The notes beneath the pieces are model-generated. The model made no database searches. It was given only the letters and a program-made list of their open reading frames with translations, and had not been told where the DNA came from. A stretch of 64,000 bases of DNA from Eledone cirrhosa (taxonomy: Eukaryota), in assembly GCA_964016885.1 (NCBI GenBank), contig OZ024750.1, positions 27,466,001-27,530,000 on the forward strand, in the 5' to 3' direction. Shown here piece after piece: positions 13,111 through 27,576 of this stretch. The translations under genes were made by a program, and so were the position numbers. The first letter of the stretch is position 1. Every line of letters starts with the position of its first letter.

Positions 13111-13517
13111 GGGAGAGATGACCCCTTAGCCTTTGTCAAGGCAGAATTCTAGGAGAAGGAAAACTCTGATATAACACCTGCAACCCTGATGGTATCCAAT
13201 GATGTTGACTTGTTCTTCTTTTTGGTAAATATAATCTTGGTTAAGAGAGTGGGACTGGCTTTGTGCAGTGCCTTTGCTCACTATAAAAGCTTCACGGCAC
13301 AGGCAGTGCTTTATATCTGGAGATCTCTCTGCACTTGCCGTCACATGGTACCATGGGTCCAGCACTGTGTCAATAATTGTCACAAGTGTAGTGTTTGTAC
13401 CAGAGTTTTCAAGTCGCTGGCTGGACTAAAAATTCACACTCGTTCAGCGCATCGGTAGGGGTTCTCCTACATGGATATAAAGTAGTGGCCGTACTCGAAA
13501 ACGAGTTGGCAGCCACC
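13111..13517 (+). mobile_element. Non-autonomous RTE derivative, 5'-truncated, with C2H2-coding end
   Basis: Encodes [25 protein letters not shown] (C-x2-C-x12-H-x4-H); inverted homolog at 7215-7622. Confidence 0.75.
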
Positions 13518-13594
13518 ATGTATGTATGTATGTATGTATGTATGTATATATGTATGTACTTGTGATATATATATATATATATATGTGTGTATGC

Positions 13595-13676
<82 letters not shown>

Positions 13677-14362
13677 ATATATATGTGTGTGTGTTAGTGT
13701 ATATGTATATATATATATGTGTGTGTGTTAGTGTATATGTATATATATATGTGTGTGTGTGAGTGTATATGTATATATATATATGTTTTTAATTATTTAA
13801 AGTCTTCCTCCAAAGAAAATGCTGGTTTCAAAATGCTATCGGAATGGAATTTAGATAACAACGGCGAACATTAACATGTTAAAGTCTCATATTGTAGCTG
13901 TTTTTACACATATATTTGCAAAATTCATGCTAACTGGTGGCTCCTTGGCAACAAAATACCATCTCTTAGAGATAGTAACATACCGACCGATAATGAGTTC
14001 ATACGGTTTCGTTCTATTTTTCTGTGGGTTCTACAGACCACAAGGTACCTAAATATTGGGGACAGTCGGAGTGTGTGTCAAATGAGACAGTAGCAATAAT
14101 ACATTACATAAATCCAGCTTGAGTTTATCTGAAACTTTAAGTGACATTTTTTGCCAAGTTACGACTACCAAAATATAAAGTATTTATCTATATTTTTTTA
14201 TCATAGTGATGGGCCATTCTGTTGTCATATGACACTTGTATAAACAACTGTACACACATGGTCACACACACACACACTCTCTCACACATTTATAACATGT
14301 ATAAGAACATATATATGTGTGTTTGTGTGTGAATAATATTATATATGTATATGTATGTATAT

Positions 14363-14426
<64 letters not shown>

Positions 14427-15758
14427 AAGTATATAATATGATATATATATATATATATGTGTAAGTATATAATATATAATTGATATGTATAAATATATAT
14501 AAATATATATATGTATGTATATAGGATAAACACATGTTTGCTTTCCTTGAAATATCTGTTTGTGACGGACTGGTCGGGTGTGTGTATGTAGGTGAATTGC
14601 AATATAAGTAACCATCGGGGTATTAGAGTTGGGTGGAAGCGATAATGTAGTTGGGTAAGATGGGGGTATGATGACGGTGTTCATAGTTGAGATAAGGGTG
14701 GAGTCGAAAACATTAGGATAGCCCCCGCTGGTGGACGTGATATCTGATGAAAGCTCTGTTGGCAGAGATGGTAGTAATGGTGGAGATGTGTTTTCTGATA
14801 GTGATGTCAACGAAATTATTGTTTTGATGTGTTTGTTTGGGTCTTTACTCTCATGTTTGCTATGTTTGAGTAGATCTATGTATAAAGATAATCCGGTCGT
14901 TAACTTCTCGTATTTTTGTCAGGCTCAGTATATCTAGAAATACATTATCTAATGCAGTCCTCATTTATTAGAACACTTAGCCGTTATTTTTGGGTGATTC
15001 GTTGGTTGTTTCTATCGAATCAAACGACCACGTAGAGGTAGCTAATCGATTTTGTTATCCTGGTGTTGGCCGTGACATGATATCTCATAAGAACTAGGTT
15101 TGTTGTGATAATAGTATTGGTAATTTCATTAGAATGATATTTCAGCATCGGAACTGCTTTTGGAGACTTATCAGGGTCATAACTTTCATGATCAAGTACC
15201 AAAACACTCGCCAGGACTTTCAACTTCGAATTAAAGGCCTTCTAATACTTCAATTCAATATGGAATATTAAAATTCTCTTGGGTTAACCTCTATAAAAAC
15301 ATACTAGTGATAGTATCGATGTTGTTGTTGGTGGTGGTGATGTCAACGGGGATGGTTTTGTTGGTGGTGGTAGATGTAATGTCGTGTGTCTGTTGACGTT
15401 AGTCATATTAACTTGTGGTCGCTAAGGAATTTCTGTTAGCAAGCACACTTTACTTGAGGTTTTTATCTTTCGATCAGCGACCTTCTCCATTCTCCTTAAA
15501 TATACATTAACCTCCGAACATACATACATACATACATACATGTACACACATAAAAATGTGTGTGTATGCAGGGTGAGATTCCAGGAGAGTCACTCTAAAT
15601 AAGTATATCTTACAATAGTTTCGAATTGACCAATGCCATGCCCTTTGTGTGAAATTTGGTAGACGGGAACAACGCAGAAGCCCATCGTATAACCCCCCCC
15701 CCCCTCACACACACACACATATATATATATGTATATATGTGTGTGTATATATATATAT

Positions 15759-15985
<227 letters not shown>

Positions 15986-15986
15986 A

Positions 15987-16305
<319 letters not shown>

Positions 16306-16421
16306 ATATGAGTCCTATCCTATCAGTCAATCGGGGTTAAACATAGTTAGTAAGATACTCCTGGTGATTTATTTTGAATGAAACAGTTCTAGTCTTGTCG
16401 AAGTTATTTCCATATTAAACA

Positions 16422-16466
<45 letters not shown>

Positions 16467-17316
16467 AAAATGTATGACCCCGACGGCAGAGCTCAAGCCG
16501 TTTCGACGGCTATTTCCTTACCACAACTCCTTCTTTATATATAGTATATATATATATATATATATGCAAGCGTGTATGTGTGTATGTATTTCTGTATATG
16601 TACGTATGTATGCATGCATACACCATGCATACTATGCTGTTCTAAGTCTGTTGCAGTAGATAGAAAGGATTAGGGTGGGAATATATTCTATATGTGCAAT
16701 GTAGTGTTAGAAGGAAAACAGGCAGAAAATATGGTGGAATTGTGAACCGAAGCGTTACTATATACTTGCAGAGTTGTTATATACACCTTACAGTCATTGC
16801 TGTAGTGCAGTGGTGGGTAAATCACTTGAGATGGTGATGTTAGTGGAATGTCGAGCGGCATATCAGGAATGTTATCCATTTATGTCAGCCATTTATTGGG
16901 CCGTCAAGTATGAACTTTTTAGAAATTTCTTTTTTTTTTCTACAAATTTCTACAAATTTCATACTTGACGACCTAATAGTTATTTAGCAGTATCATGTGA
17001 TTTCTGTGTTTCACCATATACAACAGAAACCTTCGGATTTAAAGTCTTTTTCTTGACAATGTATTATTAAAAGGCATTATATTTCATGTTTTTAATCTAG
17101 TGTTATGTTAAAGAGATTTTTAGTTTGTGCAATATTTTGCATTATTGTTTCGTCATTCGCATCTCCAGAAATCGCTTATACACACAAACACACACATATA
17201 CACACGCACATAGTCCCACAGACACAAAGACAGACACACATACATACGTACACATACACACGTACACAGACACACACAGAGAGACGCGGGCACTCACTCA
17301 CACACACACACACACA

Positions 17317-17364
<48 letters not shown>

Positions 17365-17449
17365 AAATGGAACGGAAACAAAAGAGAGAGGCAATACGAA
17401 CAACAATTTATTAGTTTCACGCTCTTGAGAGTGGGGAGTGGTGGGGAAC

Positions 17450-17477
17450 GACGTTTCGAGCGTAAGCCCTTCTTCAG
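17450..17477 (-). ncRNA. Minimal hammerhead core within a PLE-like terminal repeat (17361-17537)
   Basis: Minus strand CTGAAGA-A-GGGC-TTAC-GCTC-GAAA-CG-TC, with palindromic ACGT stem III; followed by AATAAA and (TA)n. Confidence 0.75.
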
Positions 17478-17596
17478 GCGAAAAGTGTGAGGGAAGAGAG
17501 TTCCGAGGGTTTGTAGGGGAGTGGAGGAGAGACATTTAGAAAAGAAAAAAAAAGGGGGGGGGGGGGGTACACATATATATATATATATATATATAT

Positions 17597-17770
17597 TGTA
17601 AGGTTGTGAGCTCGATTCCCAGCGGCGCGTTGCGTCCTTGAGGAGGCACATTATTTCGTGTTGCTCCAGTTCACTCAGCTGGCAAAATGGAGTTACACCT
17701 GTAGTTCTGTGTCACTCTTAATTTTCCTGTCTGTGTCATGCTCAGTCACTTGCACGTTAATTTCTCGAGC
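17597..17770 (+). mobile_element. SINE S2, 5'-truncated
   Basis: GAGCTCGATTCC B-box and GTCCTTGAGG..TTATTTCGTGTTGCTCCAG core. Confidence 0.65.
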
Positions 17771-19024
17771 CGGCAGTAAACGGAGATTATAAAATTTGAA
17801 CAAAAAGTGTTTACATAATCAATATTAAAGCAAACAAACGACAGAAGGTGCAGAATTGAACAAGGAAACATTGCCTTCTATTTTCGCAACTGTGCCGAAG
17901 AGAATTGTAAGAGACGAAACGCATCCACAATTTAATAAAATAATTCTTTAACTGCATGGAAAGTAGATTGATTTCTTCGTTATTTATTTTTGAATCGATG
18001 AAGTAATCGAGCGAAATCGTCGAGGATAAATTGGCTACAAGCGGCGGGATTCTGGTTACAGTAAAAAAAAAATATTTTTGTACGACAGAAAAGGACTGAA
18101 TTCTAAAAAACATACTTGAAAAAATTTCAACCGAAATAATTTTAGCATTTGAAAATTTTAAATAATCCTATATAAATTAGAACTTACTTTCACAGATGAT
18201 AAGATACTAATTAATTATAGAAGAAAACCCAATCCTGTATTTTGACAGCTTTTCGCTCTCTTTGGCTAAATATTTTAGTACGGTATGCATTCTAAATGAA
18301 ACTTCAAGTCATGCTTTGATAACAATATCTGGTTGATTTCGCTTCTCTGTGTTTTTATATCACTGAAGATTGTTGTTCTATTTTTCAGATGATTTCTCCG
18401 GGATATCTTCATACTATTTATTATTAACGAGGAACCTACAGACTTTCCCATTGTAAACTGTGTCTGTTGATTCTGTAATGTTTATATAAGTGTTCAAACC
18501 TGGGGTATAAGGAGTGAAATAAGTAAATTATCAATTATCTCTTCCAATTATCCACGCAAACTTCATGTATATAAAACCTCTTATTTACTGGCTGTCGTCC
18601 TGTCAAAAATTGGTGCTGGATGTAATTATAAATCTTTCCTTTGTTAGTTATACTTTGAGACTTAAACTAATCCAATATTAGTGTAAAAGGGTTTCAATAA
18701 CATTAGACCTATCTGTTTGTCAAAGCTTAAACACTACCTCTGCTGGAATATGGTTAGAATAAAAAAAGAACTTGACATACTAAACCTATGCACACATGCA
18801 GCCATATGAAGAAACCAAACTGCAACTATGACGTCACTTTATCGCGTTTTCGAGGATTTATATTTTGTGTGTATATGTGCGTGTCTGTGTGACAATGGTG
18901 GTTCCAATAATAATTACTCCCCATACGAAACGATGGTAGGGAGATCTATATATAAGCGAAGTTAGATAGAAAAATGTTTTCGTCCATCTTGTTTATACTC
19001 CGGATGGCTGCTACAGGTAAAAGA

Positions 19025-19090
<66 letters not shown>

Positions 19091-19104
19091 CAATCATATC
19101 TCAT

Positions 19105-19768
<664 letters not shown>

Positions 19769-19796
19769 ATCAAAAGATGATTAAAAGAGTTCCAAG

Positions 19797-19867
19797 TATT
19801 TTATTATGCGCATTTCAAAAACAAATATCATCATGGGATGATATCTGCGTTCTCATCAGATAAAATA
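19797..19867 (-). ncRNA. Type I hammerhead ribozyme with long stem II and palindromic stem III
   Basis: Minus strand TATTTTAT-CTGATGA-[16-bp hairpin, 1 mismatch, CCAT loop]-GAA-ATGCGCAT-A-ATAAAATA; 8-bp stem I. Confidence 0.85.
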
Positions 19868-19975
19868 AGGTGACATGATATGAAGCTTAAAAAACACTTG
19901 TGAATAGTGAAGTTTTAAATCAACATATTGTGCTACAATAAAACTCACCTCCTACATTATATATATATATATATA

Positions 19976-20168
19976 AGTTTATCCCCCCCACTTCAATCGG
20001 GGGTAACCACAGTAAGTAAGGTACTCAATACATAGCAGAGTATGAACATTTAATATAGAAATGGCTTCTACGGGACTAGAACTGTTTCATTCGAGAGAAA
20101 TTATGAGGAAAGCTTTCCTGAGGTTTTCTCCCGAATGAAACAATTCGAGTCCTGTAGAAGCCATTTCT
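19976..20168. mobile_element. Family-A PLE terminus, fold-back
   Basis: Inverted arms around GAGGAAAGCTTTCCTG. Confidence 0.65.
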
Positions 20169-20176
20169 TTCTCTCC

Positions 20177-20278
<102 letters not shown>

Positions 20279-20296
20279 CGCTGCATTATTAGTTTA

Positions 20297-20440
20297 GTTC
20301 CAGCATAGTTACGTCCCTTTACGATCTGAGTTCAAATCCCGCCGAGGTTGACTTTGCCTTTCATCCTTACTGGGTCGATAAAATAAAGTACCAGTAATGT
20401 ACTGGGTAATTGCTGGCCTTGTGCCAAAAGTAGAAACAAT
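20297..20440 (+). mobile_element. SINE S1, 5'-truncated, with TSD ATTATTAGTTTAGTTC
   Basis: S1 core plus duplicated flank. Confidence 0.9.
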
Positions 20441-20660
20441 TATTAGTTTAGTTCAATATTTCACAAGGTGAGTTCCGTGAAAGAATTCTGTAGTTCTATA
20501 AGGTAAAGAATATTAATGAGGGTTTGAGTTTTTTTTTCTTTTTTCTTCTCACTAAAGTAATTATTGTTTCATTTAGTTCTAATTAAGGAGGCGTCGATTA
20601 TCTGTAAAATAGCGCCATTTTTAGATGAAAACCATATTGCGGGTCAGCAATGTAATTATT

Positions 20661-20848
20661 AATTGTTTCTATTTTAGGCACAAGGCCAGCAATTACCCAG
20701 TGCATTACTGGTACTTTATTTTATCGACCCAGTAAGGATGAAAGGCAAAGTCAACCTCGGGGGGATTTTAACTCAGATCGTAAAGGGACGTAACTATGCT
20801 GGAAAGCATGGCGTCCGTTCCTCCACCGATACTGCCAATCCACCGCCC
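20661..20848 (-). mobile_element. SINE S1, full length
   Basis: A/B boxes and core; TGTAATTATTAAT on both flanks. Confidence 0.9.
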
Positions 20849-20919
20849 TACTGTAATTATTAATGGCAGCTTTCAACAACTGTACTATCTTATAAATTAA
20901 ATCCTGCAACTCACTCTGA

Positions 20920-21309
20920 AAGGTATTTGGAGTAACGTTACTCGATAGAGTGCACAGCTCGGAGATGAGAGAGTCACTCCAGGTAGAGCCGCTACTTCTC
21001 CGAATTGAGAGATCACAGCTCCGTTACTATGGGTATGTGGTTAGAAAAGTTTTTTAGGAAACAATCGCTGGACAGATATTATGGGTAAAAACCAACAGGT
21101 AGGTGACCCAGGGGTAGACACCGAGCAAGATGGTTGGATGACAACCTTGAGCTTGGCTGGGCTCGCTTTGGGGATCCAGTTGGAGACGGTTACTTCTGAC
21201 AGGACCAGCTGGTAGGAGTGTTTGAGCACTCTGCCCCCATGACCCTGTCAGGAATAAGTGGGCGAAGAAGAAGAAGAAGAAGAAGAAGAAGAAGAAGAAG
21301 AAGAAGAAG

Positions 21310-21354
<45 letters not shown>

Positions 21355-21390
21355 AACAACAACAGCAGCAGCAGCAGCAACAACAACAAC
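20920..21390 (+). mobile_element. RTE LINE 3' fragment with (GAA)n(CAA)n tail
   Basis: GVTLLDRVHSSEMRESLQVEPLLLRIERSQLRYYGYVVR; same family as the 2215 copy. Confidence 0.85.
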
Positions 21391-22084
21391 AATTCATGTC
21401 CTTGTTTATATTTTCTATACGATTATATAAGAACCTTTCAATGAAGTGCAGAACAAGGCTGTTTAATCCAAATAGAACTTATGTGGCTTCCAAAACAAAA
21501 ATACTTGTTATATACATCAATCAATTTAATCGACTGTCACAATGTGCCAGCATGCAATAGTTAACTATGGCACAGAATAATACAAATTCATTTATCGACT
21601 GTCAGACTGTTCCAGCATGTAATGGTAGAGAAAAAACACAATGGTTGAGAAAAAACACAAATTCCCGCTGAGCCGTGGGAATACGGTGACAAGTCAAGTG
21701 AAACGTGATTAATAATGAATGATACGAAAAGAAAAGTGGTTTTAATATCTAAGAACTCACAAACACCGTCTTCACTGCGGATGTAATGATTAAATTGCAG
21801 ATCAAATAGCTTTTAGAAGTGAAAGTCGAACCGTGAATACCACACACTGTGATTACATAAAGCGGCGTTTATTATGTATAAACGCTTTCTTAATATTATT
21901 CTTATTCGTATCTACATACTACGAGTATAGAGGGCTTTCTCCTGCTTACCCCTGTTTTTGTTTTACCAAAACAACATTTAATGAACACACACACACACTC
22001 ACACACAAACAGGCACGCACACACACACACACGCACAAACAAGTACACACACATATATAGATATGTTCCTGCTTACTTCTATTA

Positions 22085-22166
<82 letters not shown>

Positions 22167-22207
22167 AAGAACACAAGAGCGTCTACAACATCAAAAGATT
22201 TTTATTG

Positions 22208-22254
22208 GCTAACAATGTTTCTTCCTTACGTGTAACCGTAGGATTCATCAGAGC
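22208..22254 (-). ncRNA. Minimal hammerhead ribozyme
   Basis: Minus strand GCT-CTGATGA-A-TCCTACG-GTTACA-CGTAAGGA-A-GAAA-CATTG-TT-AGC; followed by AATAAA and ending at (TA)n. Confidence 0.65.
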
Positions 22255-22785
22255 TATAAAAGGGGTTTGATTGGTGTTATGGACTCTACCAACCAAACAC
22301 CCAAGAACAAAGAGTAAAGAGAGTAAAGAGCAAAAGTAGGGGACGATAAGTCTAATTTAGGTGCGGGAGGGTGGGGTGTTGCTCCTTGTTTACTAGCTGC
22401 GGTCATGTTCATTCCCGGGGGTCGGGTGGTTAGCTGAACCATAGATGGGGTGTCGTGGATAGTATGATGCAGAGGGTGCGCAGAGGCTACACAAACACAA
22501 GGGGCATACAATATATATATATATATAACGGAGGAGAAGGTACATGAGGTAATTAGAAATGGAAAAAGAGTAATAATAATAATCTATAATTAATAGTGTA
22601 TAATAAGGCATGGGGAAGGTTACACTATAATAAGGTATAAAGGTAAGAATAATGTAAAATATAAAGGATATATATATATATGCAAAAGTTCTATTTAAAT
22701 TGTTGAGATACAACAAGTAAATATTTTTATAACTGATTTAAAGCACTCGAGTAATGGTCGCATTTTGTAAAACTGATATATATTG

Positions 22786-22850
22786 TATTTTGTCTGATGA
22801 AGGCATACCATAATTTAACTTGGTATCCTTGAAATATGTATAATGAAATA
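22786..22850 (+). ncRNA. Type I hammerhead ribozyme
   Basis: TATTTTGT-CTGATGA-AGGCATACCA-loop-TGGTATCCTT-GAAA-TATGTA-TA-ATGAAATA; 8-bp stem I with G-U pairs. Confidence 0.75.
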
Positions 22851-22922
22851 AATATGGTTTTATAAATATAGTTTCCATTTATTAATATCGTATATATATA
22901 TATATATATATATATTGTCATG

Positions 22923-23262
22923 TTGGAAGCCTCAACAATGCAGATGGGTAATTCTCTGGGTAACAAGATCCGGTGGTGAAGAGAGAGATGTAAGTGAATG
23001 TAGAATGAGATGTAAGTAGGGGGGGTTTCTGGGGGGGGGGGGAGCTTATCTGTCGGAGAGGATGGATCTGAATCCGAAATATAGGGACAATTAAATATCT
23101 TCCAAGGTAACTCTATCTCGTGTTATTATTTTTATTTTTTACACACTTTCCTACGTTCTTCTACACACTATACATCTCATTCTACATTCACTTACATCTC
23201 TCTCTTCACCACCGGATCTTGTTACCCAGAGAATTACCCATCTGCATTGTTGAGGCTCCCAA
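22923..23262. repeat. Inverted repeat with ~90-bp arms; family also at 43665-43790
   Basis: 22923-23015 is the reverse complement of about 23170-23262. Confidence 0.85.
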
Positions 23263-23359
23263 AACGGACAAAAGAAAATAAATCTTATTATTCCACAATG
23301 CTTCAAGCAAACTTCAATACTCTCTCATATATATATATACATTTAAAAAAAAATTTTTT

Positions 23360-23558
23360 TATTGGGAACGATTGACTTTTGTCAAATGGGACCGGGGAAA
23401 GATTGCTTCCATTGGTCTTTCCAATTGCTAATACTATCTATCGGTCGCAACTCCAGGTAGAAAGAGCAACTAGAAATAAAGTGTCATAACGCATCGCCCG
23501 GTCGGGGAATCGAACTCACAACCTCACGTTTGCAATCCAATTCTCTAACCACCCAGTC
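23360..23558 (-). mobile_element. SINE S2 variant
   Basis: Minus-strand GAGTTCGATTCC B-box; tail as in the 9670 copy. Confidence 0.75.
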
Positions 23559-23562
23559 AAAC

Positions 23563-24136
<574 letters not shown>

Positions 24137-24440
24137 AGAACAAAGTGTAGATGTGTTTCATAGGAGATTTATTGCTTAATCCTTGTTACAAATGTTTCCT
24201 AAACAGTTGACACGTGATCTGGGATGGGACCCCCAGACCAGACACCAAATTCTAAGACTGTCTGATACTCAGACCAGCGTTAACACAACGAAGGTAACGA
24301 AGAGCACTGGTATTAATTGAGCGTCCCCGGCCAGCGTCTAGCTTACTCAATGAATCTGGTGAATTGTAGTAATGCAACTGAAATCAACTGTTCAGGGTGT
24401 ACACATTTAGTTAATAGTAGATAAGTTGGCTCTATTTAGG

Positions 24441-24500
<60 letters not shown>

Positions 24501-24619
24501 TGTGTGTGGGTGTGTCTGTGTGTCTGTGTGTGTGTGTATGTACGTGTGTGTGTGTGTGTGTGTGTACGCATGTGTGTGTGTGTATGTACGTGTGTGTGTA
24601 TGCGTGTGTGTGTGTGTAC

Positions 24620-24650
<31 letters not shown>

Positions 24651-25129
24651 TGTGTGTGTGTACGTGTGTGTGTGTACGTGTGTGTGTGTGTGTGTGTGTA
24701 TGTTTGTGTGTGTTACGTAATTCCGAAGGAAAAGCATAGGAAAAAAGAGTGCTCTGTGTATAAAACAGAGCTATTTAATTAGAAAGTGAGCAACACAAAA
24801 TATAACTACTCCATTACCAAATAATAATATACGTCTGGATCGGTCGTCAGACAGATAACATCTCTGTCTGACGACCAATCCGGACGTATATTTGGTTTCT
24901 TTCATTCTCCACCTGTCAATCAAAGTTGTTTCTTAGATCGGAATTACTACTGTAGTGGGTTAAGGAGTTGTATGCTTGAACCAAATAGTGGACAACCATG
25001 AGTGACTACAAATATCGATGACGTGTACAATTCTTGACCACTCATAGAATGACATCAACAGGATTTAAGCCGACAGGCGAAGGATAGCGATGTATAAGGA
25101 CATTAAGAAAATCTGCTTTGTAGAATCAA

Positions 25130-25225
25130 GACGTATCTGAGGACCTTTCGATTTTCAGAGTCAGGTTCGATCATCACATCGATCGTACCACGAGCTGGTC
25201 GCCAGAGAAACGATTGTAATATGTC
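25130..25225 (+). ncRNA. Hammerhead with ~60-nt expanded domain II
   Basis: GACGTAT-CTGAGGA-[domain II]-GAAA-CGATTG-TA-ATATGTC; 7-bp stem I. Confidence 0.65.
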
Positions 25226-25348
25226 CAATAAATTCCATTCGTCGCAACACTGATTCTCTTTTTTTCTATGATATCATACTCTGCTCTATGAGAGCATCGA
25301 GTGCTCAAACGGCCTACCGCAAACGGACGCTTTAAGCATCCAACACCG

Positions 25349-25429
<81 letters not shown>

Positions 25430-25561
25430 ATAATAATAAATTTGAAGACTGAAATCCAAAGAGGGCTCGATAAGGATAAATATATATCAAACATATATCA
25501 AATATATAAGATCCCGTTAAGGGTGAAAGCAGCGATTCTTTGCTTAAACTTTAATCTGTTA

Positions 25562-25642
<81 letters not shown>

Positions 25643-25682
25643 ATATGTATATATATATATATATATATATACATATATAAAT

Positions 25683-25718
<36 letters not shown>

Positions 25719-25770
25719 GTAATAATAATTAGAGGACAAAAAAAAGTGTTGCATCATATACCTACTGAAT

Positions 25771-25863
25771 CACATATTACATATCTTTCATTGCCGATCA
25801 GCTCGAAGATCTATCGACTATGTTCGTTCCTGACTCTCTAATCGAAAGCTCCTCAGATACGTG
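25771..25863 (-). ncRNA. Hammerhead with expanded domain II (homolog of 25130)
   Basis: Minus strand CACGTAT-CTGAGGA-GCTTTCGATTAG..CTGATCGGCAAT-GAAA-GATATG-TA-ATATGTG. Confidence 0.65.
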
Positions 25864-26120
25864 TTTTCACATGTAGACTCATGTCAAATATGTATTGGAT
25901 GTAACAATGATTCTTTGTTCACCTAATTATTATTATCGATACTCTCTCCCCAATAGTATCGACTGCTTATCTTGGCATAACGCCAGTGAATGCAATCCAA
26001 TTACACCTTTACTACTATATAAATATATCTTACTCTTTTACTTGTTCCGGCCATAATATTTGATGATTTTTTTTAGTTAAAGAATAAAAATTAATGATAA
26101 AATAAAAAAATATATTTTAA

Positions 26121-26541
26121 ATAATGGTTTCTACGTTTGGTACAAGGCCAACAATTTGGGGGGAGGGGAAAGTCGATTAAATCAACACCAGTGCATTACT
26201 GGTACTTCATTTTATCGACCCTGTAAGGATGAAAGGCAAAGTTAACCTCGACGGAATTTGAACTCAGAATGTATATGACCGTAACTATGCTGCAGAGCAT
26301 GGTGTCTGACGTTCTACCGGTACTGCCAACCCACCGCCCTTATATATTTTAAATAATCGTTTCTACTTTTAGCACAAGGCCAGCAAATACCCAGTGTATT
26401 ACTGGTATTTTATTTTATCGACTCCGTAAGGATGAAAGGCAAAGTTAACCTCGGCGGGATTTGAACACAGAATGGCAAGGGGCGTAACTCTATGCGTCAA
26501 AGCATGGCGTCCGACCCTCTACCGATATTGCCAATCCACCG
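26121..26541 (-). mobile_element. Two tandem SINE S1 copies
   Basis: Two cores with A/B boxes; TATATTTTAAATAAT recurs at the junctions. Confidence 0.9.
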
Positions 26542-26754
26542 AATAATGACGGCCCCCGAGTGTGATCCCCGGAGCTATAGATTATTTAAATTATAGTTAA
26601 ATCCAGCACTGTTTGCAGGAATGTATCCAGCAGAAAGTAGCAATCTGCATAGTGGCTACACATACGTAAATCATATATATTTAGTACTGATTACTATATA
26701 AAAGACCTGATGAGTAGTTTAACATAGGCAGATTATATTTCATGTCAAGCCTGA

Positions 26755-26822
26755 TCCTGGTAGAGGAGGGAAGGTCTTCATATTACATTTGACCTTAACC
26801 TATTATTAGCGTTGCACGGCCA

Positions 26823-26858
<36 letters not shown>

Positions 26859-27079
26859 CGAAGGAAATGTGGTAAGGAACCATGTGGACCATAACGCACC
26901 AAAGTACTCAATACTTGAGGTAGTAGAGTGGGTAATAGGAACCAGTAAGACCCCGACAGCTGAGCTCAAGCCGTTTCGACGGCTAATTCTGGATAGAATT
27001 AGCTAATTCTGGACAGAATTAGCCGTCGAAACGGCTTGAGCTCAGCTGTCGGGGTCTTACTGTCGGGGTCTTACTGGTT

Positions 27080-27137
<58 letters not shown>

Positions 27138-27143
27138 CTGAGC

Positions 27144-27187
<44 letters not shown>

Positions 27188-27264
27188 TGTTACTAGTTTT
27201 GGTAGAGGAGGGAGGGTCTTCATATTACATTTGACCTTAACCTATTATTAGCGTTGCACGGCCA

Positions 27265-27327
<63 letters not shown>

Positions 27328-27363
27328 CTGAGCGTGTATATATATATATATATACTGAGCGTG

Positions 27364-27399
<36 letters not shown>

Positions 27400-27507
27400 C
27401 CTGTTACTAGTTTTGGTAGAGGAAGGAGGGTCTTCATATTACATTTGACCTTAACCTATTATTAGCGTTGCACGGCCAGTATATATATATATATATATAT
27501 ACTGAGC

Positions 27508-27512
<5 letters not shown>
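26755..27512. repeat. Three tandem units with internal TA expansions; first unit hosts a nested fold-back insert (26858-27081)
   Basis: GGTAGAGGAGGG..CATTTGACCTTAACCTATTATTAGCGTTGCACGGCCAG-(TA)n-CTGAGCGTG repeated three times. Confidence 0.8.

Positions 27513-27573
<61 letters not shown>

Positions 27574-27576
<3 letters not shown>

Noticed and set aside
13189-13458. Host C2H2 zinc-finger gene
   Set aside because: A single finger inside a dispersed repeat with RTE-like ends; the sister copy is frameshifted.
17800-18200. Possible exon or hAT transposase remnant
   Set aside because: Multiple stops and no motif recognisable with confidence.
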